From positions 65,011-129,010 of IMG/VR virus record IMGVR_UViG_3300005856_000023: a stretch of 64,000 nt of DNA; one strand, given 5' to 3'. The position numbers were made by a program, and so were the translations under genes. The notes beneath the pieces are model-generated. The model searched no databases and had not been told where the DNA came from. It saw only the letters and a list, made by a program, of their open reading frames with translations. This DNA comes from a virus. This document shows, in pieces, positions 39,159 to 50,437 of the stretch; position 1 is the stretch's first letter; the number at the start of each line of letters is the position of its first letter.

Positions 39159-41899
39159 CTTTTTTGCGATTTTATATGAAAGCTATAAAGTAGTTGTTGT
39201 AACAATTGATTTGATTTTATTTTTAACTCTGCTGGCAATGTAGCTTTACCTTGCTGTATTATGTTTGGTATAACACTATCAAGAAAATCAGAAGATTCAG
39301 CATTCAACATGAACAATTCTTTCATCACTGCTGGAGCATCATGAGCTAATATTGCCCAACTATCAAACTCTCCAATTCTATGTCCACCGGATATCTTTTT
39401 ACCTTTCATTGCTTGACCAGTTAGAGCTCTCTTTGGAGCATCTGCTACAGCATGTAATACTTCATCTGTTGTATGCTCCAACCTAAACCAATACATGTAG
39501 CCAATGCTAACAGGATAGGTAGTGTAGGTTTTAAACTCAGGTAGATATAATTTTTGACTTGTGCTTATACTAAAATGTTTCTCTAGCCTTTGTATAGCAG
39601 CTTGTGTATCATCTCCATGTGATGATGGACTTGCAAATGGTGGTATAATAACAGGAATGGCCTGTATCTGTTTTGCTCTGTTGTATATCCTATTGAAATC
39701 ATAGTCGCTTAATGCATGCAATGATTTCATCAGTTTATCCAAAATATTGGAGTTAAAGTATAATACTTCATAGAATTTTATAAAAGTCTCTTTAAAGGTT
39801 TTGAGATCCTTAACAAACTTTTGATAAACATGTTTTGCTATGTAAGATACAGCAAGTTCATATAACTGTCCAATGTTAGCTCTGTTGACTACTCCTAATG
39901 GATCGCATATAACATGTACTGTTTCACCATATTCTGTTTTGGGCATTAATTCATCTGGTATGATTGCAGCAATAACTCCTTTGTTTCCATGTCTATTACA
40001 TAACTTATCTCCTAATCTAGCATGATTATATTTTGATAGCACAAAACTCAGTATAGCAATTGGTTTCTTATCGTTGTATCTAAAACCTTTTAGTTTTGAT
40101 ATATCTTCCGGTATTAAATATCTTGATTCAAAGTCACTATAGTATTTTGTATAATTTTGAACATAGGCTTTGTATTTGGTTATAAACTTATCATATATTG
40201 GTTTAAGTTCCTTTACCCTATCATCATTTATATCAACATTTAGGTAAATAGCAAAATCCAATATATCATTACCTTTGAATCTGTAGTTAATAACTCTACC
40301 TGCTACTTCTTTGAGTATTGATATTTCAGAATCTGATACAAATTCGCTATCAGATTGTTCTATTAGATGTTCGTCTTCTTCTTCCTCTACATCTTGCTTT
40401 TCATTTATTAACATTTCAACTCTGAACATTATCTCACCATCTTTAAATCTCTCACCTTTAAGCAATTTTGGATTTACTGCTACAATCTTTTGATCTTTCC
40501 AAATTGGTATATTAACTATAAAAGTCTTTTTTGTTACACTTAGTTGCTTAGCAAATGATTCAGATACCACAATACCATCTTCATATGTATAACCTTTGTA
40601 GTGCATAAATGCCGTAAGCACATTCTTTCCTAAAGATAATGTTTCTTGTTTAACATAATCTGATTCAACTAAAATTTGATCTTTTTTGAAGACATCGTTA
40701 GTTTTTATATGCATATTAACATAATATTTACCTTTACCTGTGTTTAGTATTCTTGCTCCAGTATCATAAAATACTTCCCTTCCGTCTTTATATTGAACAA
40801 CTATATATCCGTCTTCTTTCTCTATAATTTTACCATCATCTTCTGCTCGTATGGTAAATAGTCCAGATGTAAGCCTTGGTATTATTGATTCTATACCTGT
40901 TGCAACAATAGGTATTTCGCTATTCTCCAATGGAACAATTGATCTAAGTTGGTTTGTTGCTAGCAAGACTCTATTACCATCATTATGCTCGATGAAAGGT
41001 ATCATGCTCTCAAGTGGAGACAATATACTATAATGTCCTTCCAAAGCAGGTAACTCTATTCTTTTTATTTTACCTGATAAATCTGATATGTATGCTCCGA
41101 GTGTTAATCTGTTTGTCTTAGATGTGTTAGCATTCTCTGGAGTATCGTAAGCAGCTATCTTACCATAAACCGATTCATCTAAGTAACCTATGTCTGCTAC
41201 TGATGCTTCCTGTTTAATTCCATCTGGTCCTGTTAGTTTCAAAGTGAAAACTAACGATAGTTCCTCTAGTGGAGATGATGTTTCAGCTATTTGTAGCAGC
41301 TCGGGTAGACGGTATCCGAATGCTGTACTATCTGACAATTTTTGAACTATAGTTGATGGATTAAAAAATCTTGATAGTTTAGCGTCTGGTTTATCTTGTA
41401 TTTTTTGGTATAGTTTTAAGGACTTAACAAACTCTTTGTAGAAGACCTGTATTAGTAATTCTGCCCAACGTAATCTTGTATTATCTGATAGTCGTGGTTT
41501 AGATGCTTGACCAGACGCAGCTAAATACAAAGCATAAGCTACAACATCTTCTGCTTTTGTATCAATGTTATATAATCTTCTTATTAAATCCATCGTTATA
41601 CTGTCTGTTTCAAAATCTAAAGCAACTAACAATACACCTTTGTATTTATTAGCATCATGTTCTGATTTTAATAGTTTTATAGTTTCAAAAGCTGCATCAA
41701 CTAGTTTGAATTTATCCTTTTCTATACTATGTGAATCAAGTTGTTCAACAAATTTTTGAAATTCATCTGATTCAAGTAAACCTTGTATTATATCTGGATC
41801 GTATACGAACTCACTTTGTCTCTTGAAGACAAGTTTTTTACCATCAGCTAGAGGAAAACTTATAATGTTTTTTGATGTTATATTTCTCTTGCTAGACAT
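39155..41899 (-). CDS. rpoB: RNA polymerase beta C-terminal part
   Basis: HNDGNRVLLATNQ, GYTYEDGIVVSESFA, GDKLCNRHGNKGVI, PLGVVNRANIGQ and GGHRIGEFD. Confidence 0.95.
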   Translation of the reverse strand: MSSKRNITSKNIISFPLADGKKLVFKRQSEFVYDPDIIQGLLESDEFQKFVEQLDSHSIEKDKFKLVDAAFETIKLLKSEHDANKYKGVLLVALDFETDSITMDLIRRLYNIDTKAEDVVAYALYLAASGQASKPRLSDNTRLRWAELLIQVFYKEFVKSLKLYQKIQDKPDAKLSRFFNPSTIVQKLSDSTAFGYRLPELLQIAETSSPLEELSLVFTLKLTGPDGIKQEASVADIGYLDESVYGKIAAYDTPENANTSKTNRLTLGAYISDLSGKIKRIELPALEGHYSILSPLESMIPFIEHNDGNRVLLATNQLRSIVPLENSEIPIVATGIESIIPRLTSGLFTIRAEDDGKIIEKEDGYIVVQYKDGREVFYDTGARILNTGKGKYYVNMHIKTNDVFKKDQILVESDYVKQETLSLGKNVLTAFMHYKGYTYEDGIVVSESFAKQLSVTKKTFIVNIPIWKDQKIVAVNPKLLKGERFKDGEIMFRVEMLINEKQDVEEEEDEHLIEQSDSEFVSDSEISILKEVAGRVINYRFKGNDILDFAIYLNVDINDDRVKELKPIYDKFITKYKAYVQNYTKYYSDFESRYLIPEDISKLKGFRYNDKKPIAILSFVLSKYNHARLGDKLCNRHGNKGVIAAIIPDELMPKTEYGETVHVICDPLGVVNRANIGQLYELAVSYIAKHVYQKFVKDLKTFKETFIKFYEVLYFNSNILDKLMKSLHALSDYDFNRIYNRAKQIQAIPVIIPPFASPSSHGDDTQAAIQRLEKHFSISTSQKLYLPEFKTYTTYPVSIGYMYWFRLEHTTDEVLHAVADAPKRALTGQAMKGKKISGGHRIGEFDSWAILAHDAPAVMKELFMLNAESSDFLDSVIPNIIQQGKATLPAELKIKSNQLLQQLLYSFHIKSQKS

Positions 41900-41921
41900 A
41901 TTTTTGCGAGCTTTAATTTCA

Positions 41922-42581
41922 ATGGAAACAAAACTTATCTATGAGAGTGCTAGTTTTGATGTAGAAATTGAATCTGACAGGGGTAAACCAATAATCTATG
42001 CTACCTTACAAAGCTTTGATGTTCCAAACATAAATAAAAGAATTTATCCATTTGAAACAATGAAACCTGCAATAGAAAGTTTCAAACAATTAGTTGCTAA
42101 CAGAGAAGCATTTGGTGAATTTGGACATCCCTACTCAAACGATATAGAGAGACTAGTTACAATTCATCCTCAGTTTGTATCTCATATAATTAGACATGTA
42201 GAAGTTGATGAGAACAAAAAACTACTTAAAGGTGTTATCTATCCAACAGGTCCATATGGAAAGCATTTAATTGAGTTAGCACAAATGGGAGCAATAGGTT
42301 TTTCAGCTAGAGTATTAGCAAGCTGGATCAGAGAAAGTGACTACACAAAGCCAGTTCCACCTATAAGAATTATTTGTTATGATGCTGTTATAAGACCATC
42401 GCATCGTGAAGCATACATTGAAAGTATAAGATTTGAAAATGCTACAAATATAAATAATGATATGGAAGTAGAAGGAATAGCTTGTGACATAGATTGTGCA
42501 AAAGTCAAAAAATATGCTTCTCAAAAAGGACTTATAGTTCCTAATGCTAATTTCAATCTGCTCAAGATTTCCAAAAAATAA
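41922..42581 (+). CDS. Prohead protease (T4 gp21-like)
   Basis: NINKRIYP, GEFGHP, VSH, GFSAR and YDAVIRPSH. Confidence 0.88.
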   Translation: METKLIYESASFDVEIESDRGKPIIYATLQSFDVPNINKRIYPFETMKPAIESFKQLVANREAFGEFGHPYSNDIERLVTIHPQFVSHIIRHVEVDENKKLLKGVIYPTGPYGKHLIELAQMGAIGFSARVLASWIRESDYTKPVPPIRIICYDAVIRPSHREAYIESIRFENATNINNDMEVEGIACDIDCAKVKKYASQKGLIVPNANFNLLKISKK

Positions 42582-42583
42582 TT

Positions 42584-44221
42584 TTACTCTTCTGCTAATT
42601 GTTTAATACGAGATTCTACATTAATATTTTTTGTCTCATATGTAAATGATTGAGATGCTCTTTCAAACAATAATCCTAGACCTAATCTATGTGGCATAAT
42701 TTTAATTGATTCTTTTGTCATTGGAAAATCAAACTTTCTATCAAAGAAGTAAATGTTATTGTCTTTTGTTAATAGTTGAGCCATAACCAATAGCTCAATC
42801 ATAGATAGTGGAATTCTTTCTTTGTATGAGAGCATACTAAACAATACCTCTATTAACTTATAGAGATGCTTTTCATCTTCAATTACAAACTTGCTGTTTA
42901 ATATCTTCTTTAATAGTTTGATAGAGTTTACAATTGAATGATAGTTTATTGTAAACAGAGGTCCTTGATAGTTATCCACGTTCTTATCTATGAAGAGTAG
43001 ATAACCTGGTTGTAAATCAATCTCTATACTTTTATCGTTACATTTTATTATCATTTTTGTTTCATGTAATAATATATGTTTTACAGTTAAGATTTTTGTG
43101 TCAAACCTTATGTCAGCTGGCTTATCAAGTATAATGATATTTCTGTCCATTCTCAATAAATCAGGATAGGATGTTAGTAAGTTAGTAAATGTGTTTGCTA
43201 TGTTAACAGCAGAACCTGTATGAAACACTCTTAATGTTAGTTGTACTCCTCTCTCTCCTAAAGTTTGAGCAGTGATTATTCCTATCTCATCGTAATCTCT
43301 ATAATACCAATCTCCAAAACATCTTCTACAAATACCGTTATCTGTTTTGCAATGTAAAACTGATCTAAAGGGAATACTATGTCCGATTAAATGTTTATCC
43401 TCTTTTGTCAACATTTTTTCTTTGTTAGTTCTAATGTCATAATAATACCTACCAACAAGATTGTAAAAGTTTGATTCAGTTACTTTGTAGACGATATATT
43501 GATTGCTATGACAATCTTCCTCTTTGAATCTGATATGCGATAAGTTGTAAATGAATTGTCTTGTTAGATAGCCGGGTTCAAATGTTGAAACTGCTTTATC
43601 ATAGGTTGCTTTTCTAGCTCCTTCTCCAGATCTAACCAAAGATTGTAGAGATAATCCATCTAGATAGTTATCTTCAATAAATATTAGTTTTCCAGGTGCT
43701 GTCTCTATATAACCCCTGGCTAGTAACATTTGTCTTAATTGTATATCTGATGCTCTAACTCCGCTATCAACAATATTGACAAGCAAATTATTTCTTTCCT
43801 TTAAGGATGTTTTGAATTCATTGTAATACTTTTCGAGTAACAAATTTTTATTTATGATGTTCGTAGTATTTTTAATCTCCTTTATGTATTGCTTACGTAT
43901 CTCATTTAAATCTAATAAATCATCTAGTGTTATGGAAAAAGATGCAAAAGTAGATAAACAGTGTCCTAATTTATACATGTAATCTATGCATTCCAAAGTT
44001 TTATCTGGATTGTTACTATTTAACTCTATTAAATTGGATATAAATTCTGACATAGTTTTTTTGTTAAATTTTGCAGGGATATTATTTTCGTCTAGTTCTA
44101 ATCCAAAGTCTTTTATAACGTTTATTAGAAATTGTTTTAAATCAAAATCGTATTGTTCCAATTTTTGCATACATTCATTACAAAATTTTTTCATTTGCTT
44201 TAGGTAATCAACCGGTTGCAT
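42584..44221 (-). CDS. rpoC: RNA polymerase beta' C-terminal part (set 1)
   Basis: GARKATYDKAVSTFEPGYLTR, RSVLHC...ICRRCFG and AQTLGERGVQLTLRVFHTG. Confidence 0.92.
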   Translation of the reverse strand: MQPVDYLKQMKKFCNECMQKLEQYDFDLKQFLINVIKDFGLELDENNIPAKFNKKTMSEFISNLIELNSNNPDKTLECIDYMYKLGHCLSTFASFSITLDDLLDLNEIRKQYIKEIKNTTNIINKNLLLEKYYNEFKTSLKERNNLLVNIVDSGVRASDIQLRQMLLARGYIETAPGKLIFIEDNYLDGLSLQSLVRSGEGARKATYDKAVSTFEPGYLTRQFIYNLSHIRFKEEDCHSNQYIVYKVTESNFYNLVGRYYYDIRTNKEKMLTKEDKHLIGHSIPFRSVLHCKTDNGICRRCFGDWYYRDYDEIGIITAQTLGERGVQLTLRVFHTGSAVNIANTFTNLLTSYPDLLRMDRNIIILDKPADIRFDTKILTVKHILLHETKMIIKCNDKSIEIDLQPGYLLFIDKNVDNYQGPLFTINYHSIVNSIKLLKKILNSKFVIEDEKHLYKLIEVLFSMLSYKERIPLSMIELLVMAQLLTKDNNIYFFDRKFDFPMTKESIKIMPHRLGLGLLFERASQSFTYETKNINVESRIKQLAEE

Positions 44222-44266
44222 TGATATAAATTTAGATTATGTGCATACTACAAAAACAAAAAAATA

Positions 44267-47200
44267 TCATCTTAGATTGAAGTAACTATAATTTGGAGAC
44301 ATGGAGAAATTAGGATTTATTAATCCAAACCATGTAGAAAGCAAATTATTATTTACATTTTGATTTACATTAAAAGCAGATGATAGTGTTGCATTCAAAC
44401 TATCTAAACTGTTTGATATATTCTGTAGTAAAGATACCATTGTTGATGTATTTGTAGCAATTGTATTAAGTATTTGCGTATTGAGATCTACTGATGTTAC
44501 TTGAGGTGTTTGTATATTTGTAGTATTCTCATCTTTAAATGTTACTTGAGGTGTTTGTATATTTGTAGTATTCTCATCTTTAAAGAATTGGTCTCTTACG
44601 CCTTTGTATAATCCATATAAACCACCTAATATTCCTCCACCGATTGCTCCTACACCAGTTCCGAGACCTGGTATAATAGAACCAACTGCTCCACCTATTC
44701 CTGCACCTAGAGATGCCCATTCTGCTACTGAACCTAGAGTTTTTAGTAGTTTACCAGCTAAGCTATCACCTCCAACTAGATCTGCTAGTTTATCTGCTCC
44801 CCAGGATATTCCCATACCTAATAAAGCCAAAGGAGAAAATCGTCCTATCATTCTTGGTAGCCATTTAATACCACCTTTGATACCTTTTAATCCAAAATCC
44901 ATGATTTTCCCAATACCAAGTTTACGACCGATTGAACGAATGCCTCTTATTATCTTACCCAACAATCCTAGCTTACGAGCAGCTAACACTCCAGCAGTCG
45001 CTCCTACACCAAATGTAAACAAGTCTGAGTTTGATAAGTCACCTAGTATATTTCCTAGTATTGGTAATAAGAAACTACTCAGAAACATAGGTGAATTAAA
45101 ACCATAGAAAGATTGTCCTAGATTTCCTGGTTGATTTTGTTTAGAACGATTACAGACACATTCTTGTATTTGATGTAGTATTTTAGGAATATAATCATTG
45201 CTATTAGAACCATAAACATTCTCTAGCGTATCTCTTATGCTTCTTAATAACATATAATATGAATTTCTATCAACTTGTTGATCTGTAAATAGATGATACA
45301 TTCTTTCTCCATTTAACATTATTTGATTAAGTTTCAACTCAAGTTCTTCATATAGATTAGATAATATCGTATTTATATTGTTTAGTATGTTACTTAAGTC
45401 TACACCAACCTTAGAGTTAACTTCATATAGAGTAGACAATATCGTATTTATATTGTTTAGTATGTTGCTCAAGTCTGTACCAATCTTAGAGCTAACATCA
45501 TGTAGAGTAGACAATATCGTGTTTATACTGTTTAGTATGTTACTCAAGTCTATACCAACCTTAGAGTTAACTTCATGTAGAGTAGACAATATCGCGTTTA
45601 TATTGTTTAGTATGTTACTTAAGTCTATATCAACCTTAGAGCTAACATCTGTTTGTTGAGTTGCAATCTCTACTTGCTCAAATTCCAAATTTTCGTTTCC
45701 AACTAAATTAGTTTGTATCGCATTATTCGCTCTTGCAATCTTTCCTTTGCCAGTTAGTGCTCTTATAAAATGTCCAAATGTTGCATTAATTAGAGAACTA
45801 ATTCCTCTTAACAAACCAGTTCCAACTTTAAATCTACCTCCAAAGAAATCATCTATAGTAGCAGCAGTTTCCAATAAAGTCTTAGCAAATCTGTTTCTGA
45901 AATTAGCTATCTTTTCAATTGCATTTCTTAACCCTAGTGGTTCAATAAAACCTTTATTTACTGTTTCTATGAAGCGTTTGTATACATCTGTAAATCTACC
46001 AGTTAAGTATTCTGTTATTCTTCCACCTGTTATTAGTTTGTCTAGTCCTTTTGCAATTTTGGTGTATGGAGCAAAGAAACTTGTTATTATCTCTAAAATG
46101 TTTTTACTTGTTAGTTTTCTTAATGCAGATACTCCTCCTAATGCAGCAAATGCATAAATTGCTTTTCCAAGGATTGGACCTACGAAAGGTATGAGTGATG
46201 CAACAGGAGCCAATATAGTTACTACAGTGGAAGCTAACCATAGGCCGGTTAAGACTTTAAGACTTTGACCTAGGCCGTAGGATATATTGGCTATAATGTA
46301 TCTAAATCTATTACCAGCTACTGCTCTAGTTGCTATATCTCTAAGTAATTGATAGTAATCCTTATATCCAAATACATCTGCTAGTAATCCACCTGGAGCA
46401 GCAAGCTCGATTATCTCACCAATAGAACCACCTGTTAATAGTTTTTGTTGTTGTTCCGCAATCCTACTGAGTTTATGAGACTGAGCTAAAACATCTGATA
46501 CATAATCTATGACAGATTCATAATCTCCTATTGTGAGCATAAACAATATCCTACCATAAACAGTTGATGCAATATTAGGAGGTATAGCTCCTGCTCTGAC
46601 CATTCCTATTAATTGTTGTAGATACGGTACTATTTTTGCTCTATGTCCCAGTTGTTCAAATCTATATTGTAACAATTCTTTTTCAAATGTATCAAGTAAA
46701 CCAAAATCAACTGGTTGAAATTCACCAAGAATCTTTTCCAATTCGTTAATGGTATTTTTAAGGTTAATTGCGGAACCAAATCTATAAGATATTGATGTAA
46801 GCCAATCTTTAACCAAATCAAAATTAGTTCCTTCTCTTAAAGCTTTTACAACAGTTTCTATTTCTGTTTGCGGTTTAGATGTAAATACTTCTATCAACTT
46901 ATTCAATTCAGGTTTTTTGATTTTGCCTTCCATATCAACAATTAATCCTGGATTGATTAACAACATCTGCAGCATAGATTGGAAACGAGGATAAAAATTA
47001 GCATCTGTTAGGTTAAACCCTCTTTTATTCAACTCCTCTATTAGTGTATTTATTGCAATCTGTCTAGTACTTAAGTAGTCTTTTTCCAATAGTTGAGCAA
47101 ATCTATCGTTAATAAAGAATGATAATATTGGCGTAAGAAATTTAAATCTTGCTAGTCTAAACAATCTGCTTTGTCCAGCTATATTTAATTCCTCCATTAA

Positions 47201-48031
47201 ATATTTTTCGATGACTCGTTCTACATTTAATCTTCTAATAATATCTTGTTCTGTTAAACCTATTCCAAGATTAACTTTACTCAAAATATTTATCGTAGAT
47301 TTTCGTTGTTCTCTTTTTGTAGACTGATCTTCAGATTCAAGATTAACTTTACTCAAAATATTTATCGTAGATTTTCTTTGTTCTCTTTTTGTAGACTGAT
47401 CTTCAGATTGTTGAGCAACAAAACCTGCACATCCACAACCTCTAAATGGTAAGAAATATCTATACATTGCTGATTGTATAGCAGTTATTCTAGCTACATT
47501 TCTGCTAATTGAATCAAGATAAGTTATTGTAGCTTGATAAAAATCTTTACCTTTAAATCTGGTTCTATCTGTTACAGCAAAAACATCATCCAATTCTTCA
47601 ATAAACTCATTTAGCATTTTATTTAACTGACTTCTATTTAACTTAAAGAATTGCTCTAGCCAATTACGAGTTTGTGCTTCGTATCTTCTACCAAGTTCTG
47701 TTGAACTTCTAAGTACTCTAATAATTTCAGTTTGTAAATCACGGGCATTTGGAAATTTTCGTAAGAATATATCTGCTATCTTGGTAGATATCTTCCTTGT
47801 AATCTTCTCTATAAAGTTATCTTTAAATACCGACTCTTCTAATTTTTGTCGCTCTTCAAAAGTTTTTTGTAATTGTGATACTGCTTGCTGTAATTTTATT
47901 TGTAGTTCTGTTTCTCTTTGTGCCCTTATAAGAGATTGTTCAACAGTTATTCTTGTTTGTCTCTCTATATTTTTAAGTGTCTCTAGAATATTTTGTAGTA
48001 TGTTATTATTGTTATCGTAAACAGTAGCCAT
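44267..48031 (-). CDS. Tape-measure-like protein
   Basis: 1254 aa, helical, with hydrophobic and glycine-zipper segments and internal tandem repeats. Confidence 0.6.
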   Translation of the reverse strand: MATVYDNNNNILQNILETLKNIERQTRITVEQSLIRAQRETELQIKLQQAVSQLQKTFEERQKLEESVFKDNFIEKITRKISTKIADIFLRKFPNARDLQTEIIRVLRSSTELGRRYEAQTRNWLEQFFKLNRSQLNKMLNEFIEELDDVFAVTDRTRFKGKDFYQATITYLDSISRNVARITAIQSAMYRYFLPFRGCGCAGFVAQQSEDQSTKREQRKSTINILSKVNLESEDQSTKREQRKSTINILSKVNLGIGLTEQDIIRRLNVERVIEKYLMEELNIAGQSRLFRLARFKFLTPILSFFINDRFAQLLEKDYLSTRQIAINTLIEELNKRGFNLTDANFYPRFQSMLQMLLINPGLIVDMEGKIKKPELNKLIEVFTSKPQTEIETVVKALREGTNFDLVKDWLTSISYRFGSAINLKNTINELEKILGEFQPVDFGLLDTFEKELLQYRFEQLGHRAKIVPYLQQLIGMVRAGAIPPNIASTVYGRILFMLTIGDYESVIDYVSDVLAQSHKLSRIAEQQQKLLTGGSIGEIIELAAPGGLLADVFGYKDYYQLLRDIATRAVAGNRFRYIIANISYGLGQSLKVLTGLWLASTVVTILAPVASLIPFVGPILGKAIYAFAALGGVSALRKLTSKNILEIITSFFAPYTKIAKGLDKLITGGRITEYLTGRFTDVYKRFIETVNKGFIEPLGLRNAIEKIANFRNRFAKTLLETAATIDDFFGGRFKVGTGLLRGISSLINATFGHFIRALTGKGKIARANNAIQTNLVGNENLEFEQVEIATQQTDVSSKVDIDLSNILNNINAILSTLHEVNSKVGIDLSNILNSINTILSTLHDVSSKIGTDLSNILNNINTILSTLYEVNSKVGVDLSNILNNINTILSNLYEELELKLNQIMLNGERMYHLFTDQQVDRNSYYMLLRSIRDTLENVYGSNSNDYIPKILHQIQECVCNRSKQNQPGNLGQSFYGFNSPMFLSSFLLPILGNILGDLSNSDLFTFGVGATAGVLAARKLGLLGKIIRGIRSIGRKLGIGKIMDFGLKGIKGGIKWLPRMIGRFSPLALLGMGISWGADKLADLVGGDSLAGKLLKTLGSVAEWASLGAGIGGAVGSIIPGLGTGVGAIGGGILGGLYGLYKGVRDQFFKDENTTNIQTPQVTFKDENTTNIQTPQVTSVDLNTQILNTIATNTSTMVSLLQNISNSLDSLNATLSSAFNVNQNVNNNLLSTWFGLINPNFSMSPNYSYFNLR
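45355..45652. repeat. 75-bp tandem repeat, about 4 copies (25-aa unit)
   Basis: Unit VxSKVGxDLSNILNNINTILSTLxE. Confidence 0.9.
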
Positions 48032-48055
48032 ATTTTGCTGATGCTACAAAAAAAG

Positions 48056-49360
48056 TTATACTCTACAGATTTCCTGTACACTAGAACGTATAATACGTTG
48101 ATAGACTTTCATTATGTAATTTAATAACACATCAGTATTGTAATCCTTAAGTAAAACTTTTGAAGCAACATGAAATATAGCAAACACTAGTAATAAGTAT
48201 TGCTCTAGATATGTTGACTGAGATATGTATTGTTTCAAGGTAGGATTATTTTTTTGTAGGAATTTTTGTAGTTTACTTATGCCGTATATAAACTTTCTTC
48301 CTCTGAATTGTATGTGGTATTGTATGTATCCTTTAGTTATGATTTTCTCCATAACATATATAACATTCATTTCCTCTACAGTTGGAAGTTTTTTTGTAAA
48401 TGTAATTGTGATGTTTTCCTTTAACAGTTTTGTTAACGCTTTACGTAAATCAGCTCTATCAATTTCATTTATTAATGCATATGAGATTAATGTTCTTGTT
48501 TTATCGTCTAGCAACATTAAAGATTTTGATTCACCATATTTTACACTTAAAACTGGTAATATGAAGTAACGATAAATAAAGTTGTCTTGTCTAATTACAT
48601 CTGCTTGATTTATATCTTGTTGTATATCAACATTCTTAACTATTTCCTTTTTAAGGATATTTGCTATAAAGTAGGTTCTAGTATCAGTTGTGCTAGCAAT
48701 TTTGTCTATATATCTAACATCATATCTTGCTTTTCTCATTATTAGCAATGACAATGATCTATTAACAACAGCTCCAATTGCTTGCAAACCAATTAGTTTG
48801 TTATCTATAAACCATCTTTTGCTAGTAAATGCAGATATTATAATGTCGTTTATTATATGTAGTATGTCATCATATTCATCAATACTTAACATATCTCTGA
48901 GTATACTGAGTATACCCTTATTGTTATAAAGTGTATTTCTCAAATTATTGCTAATGTAAGTCAACAATAATGGATTAACCTGCTTCAAGAAATTAATAGT
49001 GTAACTGTATATCTTTTTTGATTGTTCGTATTTGTCTACATCTTTGATGATTAGTGATAATAACAAAGAAAAGGGTGAAATCATTTTAAGTGTTTCTGTG
49101 TTTAATTTCAATATCAAATTACGTTTTTGCGAAGCTACGTCAATCTTGTTAATATCCTCAATGTAAGGTAGTCTGTTTTTACAGACCTCAATAAATCTAT
49201 CCAAATCATGTTTCATAATAGCATCAACCATATCATTGTCATCAGCAAAGAACATGTTAGTTATGTCAATTGCATCTGGGTAGTGTATTTTGTGTAGTTT
49301 GTTAATAGGTCCAATCAATTGATTGTTAAAATATAGTTTGTCTTCCTGTAATACAAACAT
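48056..49360 (-). CDS. Hypothetical helical protein
   Basis: 434-aa ORF; CTAAAATT at -14. Confidence 0.75.
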   Translation of the reverse strand: MFVLQEDKLYFNNQLIGPINKLHKIHYPDAIDITNMFFADDNDMVDAIMKHDLDRFIEVCKNRLPYIEDINKIDVASQKRNLILKLNTETLKMISPFSLLLSLIIKDVDKYEQSKKIYSYTINFLKQVNPLLLTYISNNLRNTLYNNKGILSILRDMLSIDEYDDILHIINDIIISAFTSKRWFIDNKLIGLQAIGAVVNRSLSLLIMRKARYDVRYIDKIASTTDTRTYFIANILKKEIVKNVDIQQDINQADVIRQDNFIYRYFILPVLSVKYGESKSLMLLDDKTRTLISYALINEIDRADLRKALTKLLKENITITFTKKLPTVEEMNVIYVMEKIITKGYIQYHIQFRGRKFIYGISKLQKFLQKNNPTLKQYISQSTYLEQYLLLVFAIFHVASKVLLKDYNTDVLLNYIMKVYQRIIRSSVQEICRV

Positions 49361-49387
49361 ACAAAAAATTTTAGTATAGTTGCATAT

Positions 49388-49699
49388 CTATTTGTTTGTA
49401 TTATCATCTTTTGGAGTTGATTCTAACTCAACTTGCTTCTCAAATTCCTTGCAAGCATTTATCACATTCCATAGTTTTAGATTTTCCTCTTTTAATTGAC
49501 TGTAATTGTATATTAGTTTATTTAAAACAACATCTAGATCATCTTTTTCTTCAATTTTTACAAGTTTAGCTCTTTCTATTTCAGGTATAGGGCATGCAAC
49601 TGGTTTGTATAAATACCTAGTTTGTATAACAGTTTGTCCACAAGATGCTAACATTATAATTGAACCTAATGTTAATATCAAAAACATGATTTTACTCAT
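49388..49699 (-). CDS. Outer-membrane spanin (lipoprotein)
   Basis: Signal peptide with lipobox LASC; overlaps the i-spanin candidate. Confidence 0.7.
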   Translation of the reverse strand: MSKIMFLILTLGSIIMLASCGQTVIQTRYLYKPVACPIPEIERAKLVKIEEKDDLDVVLNKLIYNYSQLKEENLKLWNVINACKEFEKQVELESTPKDDNTNK

Positions 49700-50096
49700 T
49701 TCTAGCTCCCTCCATTTCATTTTGTAGTTTCAATTCAATTTCTTTGAATTTTTGTAACTGAACTTCGATTCTCTTACATCTATCTTTATCTTTTGGTATC
49801 TCTATAACATAATTCTGGGATATGTTATCAAATCTTTGTATTTGTTTCTGCAACTTCTTTAAAGTAACATTATACAGTCTTAAATAATGATTGGACTTAT
49901 TTTCCAACTCCAATATTTGAGATTGTAATTCTATTTGCTTTTGTTGACAATTTATTAAATCTTGTTCAAGTTTCTTTATATACTTATACTGAGTGTAAAA
50001 CTTATACACTCCAACTGTTAGCAAAGGTAAAATAACAATTGAAAGAATAAGCATTATAGCTTTTTTTTGCAAGAACTGAACTATAAAACCAATCAT
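49692..50096 (-). CDS. Inner-membrane spanin
   Basis: N-terminal TM helix plus coiled coil, directly upstream of the lipoprotein gene. Confidence 0.65.
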   Translation of the reverse strand: MIGFIVQFLQKKAIMLILSIVILPLLTVGVYKFYTQYKYIKKLEQDLINCQQKQIELQSQILELENKSNHYLRLYNVTLKKLQKQIQRFDNISQNYVIEIPKDKDRCKRIEVQLQKFKEIELKLQNEMEGARNE

Positions 50097-50395
50097 AGCA
50101 CTAAAGCTCCTGCTATTGTTAGAGCAGCAGTATGTACTGCTCTCAATATATATTGTAATTTGTTATCCTCTACATTTCTATACAATCTGTATGAACTAAT
50201 CCATCCTACATTCATGAATACAAGAACTTTGAGCAATCTCAATATCAAATTCTCTATCTCAGGTAGTAGTAAGTAATCAATATATGGAGTTATGCTAACA
50301 TAAACCTGAATAAAAACTACAATTATAATCAATAAAGTCCATTCAAATTTAAGTTCTGTAAAATAGTGTTTTAATAGGTTCCATAAATTCCTCAT
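50093..50395 (-). CDS. Putative holin
   Basis: Small protein with about 3 TM segments, preceding the spanins. Confidence 0.55.
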   Translation of the reverse strand: MRNLWNLLKHYFTELKFEWTLLIIIVVFIQVYVSITPYIDYLLLPEIENLILRLLKVLVFMNVGWISSYRLYRNVEDNKLQYILRAVHTAALTIAGALVL

Positions 50396-50437
50396 AAAAA
50401 AATCGTATGCTAATCCTATAACGAAATATAACAAAAA

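Noticed and set aside
45355-45652. Regular repeats as a CRISPR array (also 61635..61812 and 23040..23360)
   Set aside because: The first two are contiguous in-frame coding repeats without unique spacers. The 23-kb units share only a short degenerate core with irregular spacing.
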